IMG/VR virus record: IMGVR_UViG_3300020109_000014
DNA: 64,000 nt
Direction: 5' to 3' (one strand)
Source: an uncultured virus (IMG/VR IMGVR_UViG_3300020109_000014)
Taxonomy: Duplodnaviria > Heunggongvirae > Uroviricota > Caudoviricetes
In this document: in pieces, positions 19,701-25,400 of the stretch
Layout: the number at the start of each line of letters is the position of its first letter
Position numbering within the stretch: position 1 is the stretch's first letter
Position numbers and translations under genes: made by a program
The notes under the pieces: generated by a model
What the model was told of the DNA's origin: nothing
Databases searched by the model: none
The model's input: the letters and a program-made list of their open reading frames with translations, nothing else

Positions 19701-21862
19701 GGATAGACAAAATCTGGATAACGAGAACTAATTGCTCCAGTAATTTCTTCAGCGATAAAATCTCTATTATTTCTAATAAATGTTACAGCATCTATAAATC
19801 TATATGATGTAAATGTAGAATCAGTAAATCCATATGGAGAGTTTAATAGCGAAATCTCGACATACTTTGTTTTTGCTTTTGCTTTACACTGTCCAATTGG
19901 TGGTAAATATACTGAGGTGTAACTTGGTTGAATTTGTTTCTTAACGACAATTCTTCTAGAAAAACCGTCAGCATCATATAAAACTTGATCAACTCTTTGA
20001 AAACCAAAGAATGAATTTAAAGCAACTGGGGCATTATTTGGTTTTGATATAAAAACAATATCGAATTCTTTAAATTCATGAAGACCAGCAAATTTAAAAA
20101 TTATACCACCACTACCAGGAGTTAATTGACCATTATCACCTGGCGTTGGGTGAGTAGACCATTTACTAGCATCAATTTCTTCTACAATGTATTCTCTTAA
20201 TTCTGTCTCGCCATATTTTACAACTTCACCTTCTGCTCTAGTTGATTTAAATAATGCTACGTTAGCTAGATAAGTAACAGAATTTATTACGTATGAAATA
20301 ACTTCATCATCAGCAAAAGACTGTGATGGAGAATTATCATTTACTGTAATATTTAAAGATGCTTCTCTTCTATCACCCAAATAGATATATGCAGATGATC
20401 CGTTTACAGCATTTTTTGGTGTAGCTAATACACCACTATAAGCAATAGTTCCACTACTTCCTGAGGTGGTTACTTTATAAATTGAATTGCTTACTCTTAC
20501 AATATCCCCAACTAAATATTCTTGCTCAGCTTCCCACACATAATCAGGAGCAGGAGTAGCAGAAATAATAGACGTTAAAGTTGCTGAACACGACGTTTGT
20601 TGCCCAACAATATTAGTTCCTGCTGTAATTAAAGCATTTAATTTAGCAACGTCACCAGTATGTTCTTTAATGTTAAGAATGGCACTTTTTTGCCCGAACA
20701 TTTTGTGACCGATTGGGAACCTTCTTCTGAAAGATTCTGTCCCATCAATTCTAGTATCATTTCCACCAATCTCATCATCAAAGTAAAATCTTTGCTTATC
20801 ATCAAATACAAAAGCAAAGTTATGAGTATATACTGGGTTACCTTCCGAATCCAAAGCATCACGGAAGGTAAGACCATTCATATAGTTTTGGTTGGACGCC
20901 TTGAACATATGGCGCCCTGGATTTACTGGTCTAACGATTACTAAACGTAAGTTATCACCAATAACCGAACACAATGGTGGAATTGAAATTGGGTTATCTT
21001 CGTAATATTCGCCACCAGCAACAATTAAAGTTTCTCTACTTGGAGTAGCAGCTGCTAATTGAGCAGCTTTTTTGATTGTCCTAACTGGTTTGGCAGGAGA
21101 TCTACCATTATTTGTATCACTACCAATTTCAGAAGAAACATAGATACGACCACCTACGTCATTTGTGGCAACATTGTAAACAAATTCTGTGGTGGCAATT
21201 CTTCTACTTTGATCTTGTAGAGGAGGAGTAGCAGTTAACTCTGGATAAACAGTTTGACCGTAAAAAGGTAGATTCGCATTTGTTAAATTTGTGTATGAAC
21301 CTAGACGTGGAGCTCTAAGTAAAATACCAGGAGTTACAAAATTTTGTACGTTTAAATTAGTAACCGTAGCACTATCGCTAACAATAGAAGCAGATGTTCT
21401 AATAGCACCAAGAACATCTAATTCAAAGTCAATAGTGTCTAATTCACACGTACCCTGAGCGGTAACTCCACCTAAAGGAGCTTCTGCAAATACTATTGTT
21501 GGTGGTTGAGAATATCCTCTACCAGGATCTGTAATAATAACTGAAATAATACTTCCAGTATCTGGATCTCTTACAGCACTTAGAACAGCTACTTTTGAAT
21601 TTCGGCTAATAATATCTGGTTGTGATACTGTAATAGTTGGAGTAATTAAATATCCAACTCCAGGATTAGTAATATTTACTTTTGCTATCCTTTCGCCAGT
21701 CCTATTAAGACCTACTCTAGAAGCACCATTTTTTCTAACTACTCTAATAATTTCCTTACTTTCAAGTCCTTCTCCCGAACTTATAGTTACGAAAGATTTA
21801 CCGTTTATATTAAGCTCAGTTGATTCAATAATTTGCTTGTTAGGATTGAACTTTAAGCTCAT
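4748..21862 (-). CDS. Giant tail-fibre-like virion protein (5704 aa): split beta-helix, 12 phycobiliprotein-like domains, fibre repeats, C-terminal S74 intramolecular chaperone
   Basis: C-terminal SDIRLKKNIKTIENALDKVLNLRGVEF...GLIAQEVEEVIPE followed by a coiled coil (S74). LDADLLD fibre motifs, 12 CxRD motifs, late promoter upstream. Confidence 0.88.
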   Translation of the reverse strand: MSLKFNPNKQIIESTELNINGKSFVTISSGEGLESKEIIRVVRKNGASRVGLNRTGERIAKVNITNPGVGYLITPTITVSQPDIISRNSKVAVLSAVRDPDTGSIISVIITDPGRGYSQPPTIVFAEAPLGGVTAQGTCELDTIDFELDVLGAIRTSASIVSDSATVTNLNVQNFVTPGILLRAPRLGSYTNLTNANLPFYGQTVYPELTATPPLQDQSRRIATTEFVYNVATNDVGGRIYVSSEIGSDTNNGRSPAKPVRTIKKAAQLAAATPSRETLIVAGGEYYEDNPISIPPLCSVIGDNLRLVIVRPVNPGRHMFKASNQNYMNGLTFRDALDSEGNPVYTHNFAFVFDDKQRFYFDDEIGGNDTRIDGTESFRRRFPIGHKMFGQKSAILNIKEHTGDVAKLNALITAGTNIVGQQTSCSATLTSIISATPAPDYVWEAEQEYLVGDIVRVSNSIYKVTTSGSSGTIAYSGVLATPKNAVNGSSAYIYLGDRREASLNITVNDNSPSQSFADDEVISYVINSVTYLANVALFKSTRAEGEVVKYGETELREYIVEEIDASKWSTHPTPGDNGQLTPGSGGIIFKFAGLHEFKEFDIVFISKPNNAPVALNSFFGFQRVDQVLYDADGFSRRIVVKKQIQPSYTSVYLPPIGQCKAKAKTKYVEISLLNSPYGFTDSTFTSYRFIDAVTFIRNNRDFIAEEITGAISSRYPDFVYPGTNASRLRFKDARNLIYKNLDFIADEAIGWLWNESNFATWGAANLALKSKCRRDVKIFLRGLANDLYDGSNKSTIVVTRSYFNAITGVPIPNGLVGVEPQSIAVFTKAAEYAKLAVNNSLPITPTYSPLKAYRDLSITHDPTTYLTVGENNCANVKTAITTLTTILTSAISAGNLTGLPPVSSDDGASDGENLCKRDLKHILNAVIADLPYGGNATSIEAAKSYRNNSTQSVEYIDNQHRQSRFAFQLARDYAILAMRNWQTKISLKFKKDSDIVEVVSAAGTIGLVPKMRLYSYNNLEQQVETDYFIKEVVSPTQIRIWKFNTGLSGADHTFADGEITGFKTRNINLKLSEGETSFTPIWTDDLVPRTTNYPEFPECTNVAVTLTNLFTLIDDIVVNNTDDRYFDATNQIEFNKDFIAEEVNGWLKETYDGFAYPLPTFTKTVIDTSNADAYPSFIQITNTAKVKVGQLVTSGDAIQDNTYITSIDVENKILYLSKSLESEMDSVTIHPDVYLDESMRYKDASNLILKNKNEITDKALAQIAVEFPDFVFPGNSVTDEFSRFADGYRLITQNIKEIVDRSSAEVAVQHPDFYFPADAQTTKRSRFKDAYRLIQLNKQEIIDTAYATMEANGLPSPAPTDLESKCKRDIGLLVDYVSLDVFVGGNTYARKFVLTYFNGNTFIPDGLEGEVPQSITAFNAARDLMKQAIANQLTVKDLTITPGAATYGGGGGNIPNDNVGACADVQSAITSLVAVVTDVLTSLNINNLVKENDGNNNRYEDSADLIYNNKQEIIDRAAAQIAVEYPDFYYPGDPQTTSSSRFRDSYRLIQQNRQQIIDRAAAEIAIQFPDFYYPGDAQTTPTSRFKDAYRLIQLNRDEIIANAYAAILIFNPEFVNPNPQKCQRDIGIFVDALSLDISNGGGNTYTRKFVLQYFNNGIPISNGLLGEEAESNVAFNKARDEMNRAVANQLTVKDLTITADPTPGSGTVSNTNPDSCANVQAAITSLALIVTDRITAGNIIGLPSETTGTIPAGEAKCKRDLAYFVDSVSLDLTLKSNKYSRKFVLQYFNNGIPISNGLVDETAQSVVAFNMARDMMKNAITNQLFAKDLTITPDPAPGSGAVSNTNPNSCTNVRSTIDTLSSLITARITAGNLTGLPAEVEPVTLKGETKCKRDIGQFVIAIEADLRQLTDFNTRTFLSRYFTPDGSSWISNGLQNEEAQSVVAFNKARDVINQAITNQLYYKDLTITADPVTGSNANPSSCADVQTAITTLTTLVTTRITAGNLGTTKSSFLAAATYDVLVGEIKCKRDVKKFVEAVSLDVFTKGNKYSREFVNQYFTNVSSPLSNGLVNEETQSITAFNMARDMMRKAVTNQLTIKDLTITAGPAQYNGSGGNIPNLPSGTAAACVDVQAGIASLSKIITDVITAGSLTGLDAFPETQGVFGIGETKCRRDIGIIVDAVAKDVADGSNWRSVTAARSYFQEGQPISNGLVDEEAASIFAFNKARDLMILAIRNQLNYRDLSITADPERLTNFDKFVCSDVASGITTLVSIITTTINDGDLDSLSGITVNRGTYSFNEIKCKRDIKLLIDAVINDITLNDSNANSINYANLYKEQNGNIKLIDNQLIQSVAAFRKARDLCILAMRNWIEFPGKQYYQKEYTDLDYVRDEFLIIDTETPYCQNVATAITNRFDLIINILTGDAENSNLDTANQIAINENFIINEALASGEVSFPGVSIPNITKCKRDLRIILRSVQRDIILGGTVGIVRSADSYLTGATLDVGFVGDQLGKTLHIYDYAKHMAIAATRNWNFEIRDCTTVSGNNVVTVPNTNGVVLGMRVSANEFRYTDLTPDSYAYVIGINRGSNTITLGNSKSLTAAAFPANASTTTAKLFFSFSEVGAPWFDAANNITANKTFIKQEAVGYIENIYPYLTTLNPSTSLANLVSQYDNATCQRDIGYVLDALIFDLRYGGNSETIKAAELYRNASGHLDYIGNQLVQSIETFEKVKDLAVLAMRNWKTSATTTYTKQFATADYVVNNDILPDPAGYPQCAFVEASIESLFQQFVDIITNDSGGTKIDAARLIARNFKYIAEEAVGAANEEYPLVTIPNEAKCLRDTQLIMTAWIKDLITGGNSATIQATQSYLTNTGAVTFIQDELQKSRYAYEYAKNLVKLAVTNNLPDPGEYTDEDPFTDLSILPDPLTNDNTDPTSCASVQSTIETLWSILDSTLAQSGAPLPAATYGTQYNPRKYFPANFPGIFAGDYFQGLQRASTDEFITEDTSYPECANIITTLINLFAILDAVLNGGDLPEATNDNVALVVRNRGTLYNPTIVQGSGTMIDAGNRPVIRGRMINANDIIETSPYIQNCSIISFLGGGGCEVDGSKIKQINVPRPGLKEDGSSKLAPQGKSMVANAFTIISQGGTGYLVKNDGYTQLVSVFCIFCQDGILAESGGYASVTNSASNFGTYALRATGYREEPYVFDIATISEIGVTGAGKTIFRVDGLGRRPQENFVVKIDGYENVVSDIEFFITVVSQTTVGGTGEVSSRIELNDALLIKNKESGQIVNLNTSELINKTIRLFRPSIINSSGHSFEYIGSGINYYALPENGGQKIEDNEQVSQSYGRVYASGTDEAGDFKVGRTVKMENRTGNIYFTGQVSISEIEFLRIRGGDLVVTGFDASPTLGGAAATNQKLPTQKAVRDFVTNNLGPYFGKPYSTNPVPNALVELGNDGKINLDQIPPIRPFKVYTVENTSQRLALEGLNSGDIAVQVTRLNDTISASDVDVANNKIFTPKTGFSSGQILSIVSSPVNPIQTTDGPIVAGESYYLIVLPNNFVQLAASPENVIDEIPITITDAGSGNTEVQIATGTVSYILNNDVDTQFLAYPPNISTTFTTGSLVIGSATGAIGSVTSTLYGTVFSISVSGGGNVYLNETPSVVISAPNQGDGVQATATPVVVGSRISAVEITNKGSGYDTTPTVSISIGEVAWSANQTYLVDDLIFVGTNLYKVTTEGTSGTSAFSGQSGIPQPADGGTCFYVYVGERAQLTSFVESRVSINIENSVKFTDVDNINSHNATPVTVNISRVVNTSGSNEFNWVPLTSASIDAASITTGTISTSRLALPNTGSANSFTFLRGDQSFKPVVQGVKLPESKFLVKTVLFSPGSGDPLIPPVNYITIPLTSLIQTGQRVIGNGVSADTIVLEILTVGGNTRVVLSSTLINDVPVGTVFTIIRTETALQFDSNFTKGAYAAGIFIESPGNYYTSTITNGNIGENTISVVDVTKAVIGQKVTAEGVATNAIITSIQLDSGTSGTITLSANNTANIVNKEVQFGVPFSTGTFNNVELFGSNTGSGAKATFTVQNGLITNALITDGGNGYTEDFDIDPIPGALGLGTGAKLTVLASTQQTYFSSIEMDVKRVTNQTTSLDPFGTVGVARFQKSQYTYGPDGAVTLKTGPESGLDSDLLDGKQGVFYLDASNLESGTLRPDRLSGTYSIDITGKSGTTTRVETITDSINAVPAPSAYGSGLSLAARISSNFRSSLVDRTLEDEGERVTLLTIRPSGIGTDASNGGLKQLAFTDGTLNVGTGGGGASSSTTLDDVVPNMYIRGTGNIIPTDPTNAFSPWYKVWTSGNDGFGSGLDADKLQAKDAKFYTNALNLDGGSINDSRLQPIMSSKKFLESLTTVRYIDKAHYEIYFSGRLNNGDLNFVIGTTYSLYNDILQVVGQATLKLIEQKFPVEEVKTELNYVILTIQLDSGSIGSATKIGFTGFEQTWNSLRLSPFATYTSSTLQDDGTGARLILGRNDGNNVANNTPSSGAIIDFHSSGAFNEYDVRFQVTGGTTNSGNGALNITGNGFTYNSNTVWHSGNDTDISGLNANFLQGITKSQVMRSDENTATAGSLTVTGVTTLSSFVTINDAAQLADNTIIDPDIYSNKVIAGNLADGGGFSVIGIGGNAGVGKSWAIGHNGTSLYFGIGDGSAADTLTTWAQVDADRTIRFFAKNNSSIFFSSGTNDYRIWNENNDGSGSGLDADLLDDRDWNSRDKSILRTSGSHIAGGLYINDGTKYQTSNFGFLIRHSDANGVSAGAGGRLDFVFGDDASKAADQTVSTLRTFSFDKSGQLILPAPTGTSPLSVTSTTKVTNLNVDLLDDQDGSYYTNVNNANAGTLAAVRGGTGINAYAIGDMLYASATTPTLAKLNIGTTNQILTVNSDATAPKWTSPSAINIGSATKIAVTSDAATSTNLVVGFFSSTETPADIKYSSDSSLGLFFNPSVGRLTAKTFNGALSGNATSATNVSAGGAAGSLLYQSGTNTTTVLGIGTSGQVLVVGGSSAPIWTAQINITAGNINGGVRGQVLYQSGVGATAKLPVGAAGSLLQTNGTNQNPSWVAQNTITAGNIHAGVAGDLLYQSAASTTSKLTIGSAGQVLVVNTNATAPSWTAQSNITAGNIASVDGDTGSLLYQSAVNVTSKFSQGTAGQVLSSQGTGAAPLWINQSSITAGNIHAGVRGDLLYQSNVGTTVKLNIGSAGQVLVVNAGATAPSWVAQNTITAGNVDGGAIGEVLYQSAAGATAKLPVSNSGFILSTQGANNPPAWINPNTITAGNISGGAAGEILYQSGTGATAKLPVAAASAGQVLALSSSKLPVYINQSSIVAGNITSIAADTNKILYQSAVNTTSKLPTGEAGQILRSGGSLAVPGWVAQSTLTVGAAANVSGGGAGQIHYQSGPGATAFLAAGQNTQVLIGGAAAPAWSNISGLSVASAANITAGVAGDLLYQSAASTTVKLNIGSAGQVLVVNTGASAPTWVNPSTLTVGNATTAVNTTAGMPNNTDTVLNARIIRNNNSTSANDGMYIGYGNTNSGLTRLYGGGSTSNRLEINSAGNVTVTGTVTASSDIRLKKNIKTIENALDKVLNLRGVEFDRIDIDTHQIGLIAQEVEEVIPEVIFENEDGMKTVAYANMVSVLIEAIKEQQIQINMLQEEIKSLKDKP
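5270..6850 (-). repeat. Ten tandem ~52-aa fibre repeats (G.LLYQS....T.KL..G..GQ.L......P.W..Q..ITAGNI)
   Basis: Counted in the translation. About 49 nt are identical between copies at ~5370-5417 and ~6467-6515. Confidence 0.85.
12785..19810 (-). repeat. Array of 12 phycobiliprotein-like (globin-fold) domains within the giant fibre
   Basis: 12 N-halves (RF.DA..LI..N...I...A.......P), 12 K-C-x-R-D motifs (K replaced in two) and 12 second Cys motifs (C..V...I..L). Confidence 0.75.
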
Positions 21863-21915
21863 TTTTCAATAGCCCCGTATTTGCTGTTAAAAGTGAAAAA
21901 CCTTTTATATAAAGG

Positions 21916-21923
21916 TATTTATG
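21916..21923 (-). promoter_or_regulatory. Late promoter CATAAATA for the giant fibre gene
   Basis: tatttatg on the + strand, about 53 nt upstream of the ATG at 21862. Confidence 0.6.
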
Positions 21924-22482
21924 TTAAAAATGTTGATGAGATGATTTGTAGATAACACATCCACAAAACTTGCTGATTAGCAGTTCCTGGATTACCAGTA
22001 GCAGTAAATGATAAAAATCTATTTTGTATATATGGTACTACAGACCAAATAAATCCTGTTGGAAAATCTTCGGCAAAAGATGTTTCAATATCACTAATTT
22101 GTGTAATAGTATTATTAGTACATAAAACAGACAGATCATAATTTAAAGATAGTCTGTAAGAACTATCGGAAGCATTTGTAGCAACAATACTACTTTTTAT
22201 TATGTTCAACGAGTTATTGGGAAGTTGTGGATAAACACCTAATGTCTGTGTATAATCACCCAATGTAAAAGTTTGAGTAGCCTGATTAAAAGTAGTTCTA
22301 GCAACTAAAATATAATCATTTTTTTGGGACAGGTCACCCAAAAAAGTATGATTTTGATTAAGCGTCGTTAAGTTTTTTAGTTCAATATTATGACCAGAAG
22401 CTACTTCTATAAAAGAAGTTACTACACCATCATTATCTTCTACACTGAATCCTTTACCAGCAATAAAATTTTGCTTAGACAT
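21919..22482 (-). CDS. Hypothetical beta-rich structural protein (187 aa)
   Basis: ORF tightly packed between the two giant fibre genes. Confidence 0.75.
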   Translation of the reverse strand: MSKQNFIAGKGFSVEDNDGVVTSFIEVASGHNIELKNLTTLNQNHTFLGDLSQKNDYILVARTTFNQATQTFTLGDYTQTLGVYPQLPNNSLNIIKSSIVATNASDSSYRLSLNYDLSVLCTNNTITQISDIETSFAEDFPTGFIWSVVPYIQNRFLSFTATGNPGTANQQVLWMCYLQIISSTFLT

Positions 22483-22484
22483 TA

Positions 22485-25400
22485 TTATTTTTTAATTAAA
22501 GTACTTGTGAATTTTGATGTAAATTCAACATTAGGATCATCATATCCAGGGATTTTATTTACTGTAATATTTAGCACACCATTTATTACGCCTAATGAAT
22601 ATTCAACTAATTTTTGTCCAGTAAATACATCACTACTTTCGGAGAAATAAACATTATTGGAATCATCTACAACAAATGTAAGCTCTGTTATTTCATATTC
22701 CGAAGCGGCAGAAGAAGTTTGTACTAATACTTTACCAGATCTATAAATGTTAGTATCACATGTACCAATAATAATGTCTTGAGTAAATGATACCCCAGAA
22801 ATACCTTTAATTGTAAAATCATCTAGATTTACAAATTTGCCTGTGTTATCTACAAACGTTTCAAATGTTCCCTGATCATCATAATCTATTTCAATAGCAG
22901 CAGTTCCTGATCCTTGATTTGAGAATCTAATAAAATCAGTTCCATTAATATTTAAAGTTAGAGTATCTTTGTTTGTTGAAATAATAGGAGCATTATTAAA
23001 ATTGATATTTAAAATGTCATTATTTAATGATAGATTTGTATTTCTTAGTTCTAAAATTTCTGGATCAACACCACTAGATTTTTTAACAGTTAGCAAATTA
23101 CCAGATGATACTGTTGAAGTTAATTCAAGAACATCGCCTTGTAATTCTAACTTGCTCACACCAGCAGATTCACTGAATACTAAATCATATTTTTTGCTGG
23201 CATTGAATATTGTAGAAATAGTTCTTACTGTATCAAATTCTAATTTTGAAATAGATAATCTAGTAGAATTTACAGAATTATTATAGAAATAGAAGATGTT
23301 TTCATTTGCTGCTGGAGCAGATTCGGCAATTAAATAAGTATTACCATCAACATCTCTTACTCCACCTACAGATCCCCATTGGTTTCCATCATAACCTTCA
23401 AATCCCCACTGTTCGGTATTGAATCTAATTAATCCCCTAACAGCTTCTGTTGTTGGTCTTTGAGCGAAATTACCAACAGGAACTCTTAATCCAGTAGTAG
23501 TATCAATTTGTACAATACCATTTGTTGATGGTTTGATATTAATACCAGATCCAGAAACATCAGTAACTGAGAAAGTTATAGTATAACCACCAATATTACC
23601 AGTTAATGAATCATTTATTAAATAACCAAATCCACCACTTACAAAAGCAATATTTTCTGGTAGAATATTTTGGCTTTCAACCAATACAGAAATTACAGCA
23701 CCAGATCCAGATCCGCCAGATAATACTATGTTGGAATAAGAACCATTACTAATTAAAGGAACATCAGGATCAAAAGTACTTAATCTACAGATAACACCAA
23801 AAGATTTTGTATTATAAGAAATATTTTGAATTAGTTGATTTCCAGAAAGAATTAATCCATTTCTAGTAACTATATTTCTTGAAGTTAAATCTCCTATGGT
23901 TGTTAAACTGCCTGTAGGAATATCAATTCCTAATGTCTGAGTATAATTAACAGTTCTAGCTACGATAGCATTTGAACCAGTTAACTGACCATTAAATACA
24001 AAATCGTTTGTTGAGTTACTTACATCAAAATTAAGATCACCACTATTTGATTTAATAGCATTAGTAGTAAATTCTAAGTTGTTGACGGTTAATTTATCGG
24101 TTAATGAATTATGATATACAGCACCACCATCAACATATAAATCGCCTTGAACTTCTAGACCTACATTAGTAGTCCAATAATTGCTAGAAGCATTCCAAGT
24201 AATAGTCTTATCTTGAGTCGCGTGTAGTGTAATACCACCACCATTAGCAGCAGGATCTGATGGTGTATCTATGGCACCTAATTCAATATTTTTATCATCA
24301 ATAGAAATTGTGGATGAGTTTACGGTAGTTGTAACTCCGTCTACAATTAAATTACCTCTAATCTGTACATCACCGCTATTATTTCCTACTACTCCAGGAT
24401 CGATGACAATTAAAGTATTTGAGGAAGTAATTTCATTTGATACAATTCTAATTTCTTCAATTACCACACCACCATTACCATTCGCTGTAATGGTAATATC
24501 TCCATTAATAACTTGTGTATTTGTAATGGTACTGCCGTTGATATTGATATCATCAATTTGAACTTCGCCAACTACAGTAAGTATAGATAAATCAGAAACT
24601 GTACCAAAGTTAACATTATTTACAGTTTCTACTACACCAGTGCCGTTAGGAGTTAACGTAATATTACCATCGGCGTTTGTCGAGCTAATTACATTACCAT
24701 CTAATCTTAAATTATCAGCATTGACTTCACCAACTACAGTTAAGGTAGAAGTGATATCTACATCTTTACTTGTAGTTGTTTTACCACTTCCATTAGGTGT
24801 TAATACAATATCAGCATTTCCATCTATTGAAGATAAAATATTTCCAGTGATTTTTAAAGTTTCTACAATAACACCTGTTGTGTCGATAGAAGAAATAGTG
24901 CTAGTGTCAATTCTAATATTATCAGCATTAAACTGTCCAACTATTGTCAAAGTAGAATTGTCTGCTACTGTACCAAAATTAACGTCATTTACAGTTTCTA
25001 CTACACCAAATCCATTAGGAGTTAAAGTGATATTACCATCAGTATTTGTGGAGCTAATTACATTGCCATCAACACGAATATTATCAATATTAAATTGACC
25101 AACTACATTTAACGTGTTCGTGATATTTACTTGTTTGGTAGTAACAATTCTGCCAGTTCCATCTGGAGTAATATTGATATCTCCATTTGTAGCAACAGAT
25201 GAAAGTGTATTGCCAGTAATCTGTAAAGTTTCTACAATAACACCTGTTGTGTCGATAGAAGAAATAGTGCTAGCATCAACACGAATATTATCAATATTAA
25301 ATTGACCTAATACTGTTAATGTAGAAAGATCTTCTAATCTACCTATGTTTACATCATTTACAGTTTCTACTACACCTGTGCCATCAGGCGTTAAAGTAAT

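Noticed and set aside
12785..19810. A captured stand-alone host cpc/cpe/apc gene or a chimeric assembly
   Set aside because: The frame is continuous and the AT-rich codon style matches the rest of the phage gene. The repeats are highly diverged from host phycobiliproteins, lack helices X/Y and are nested.
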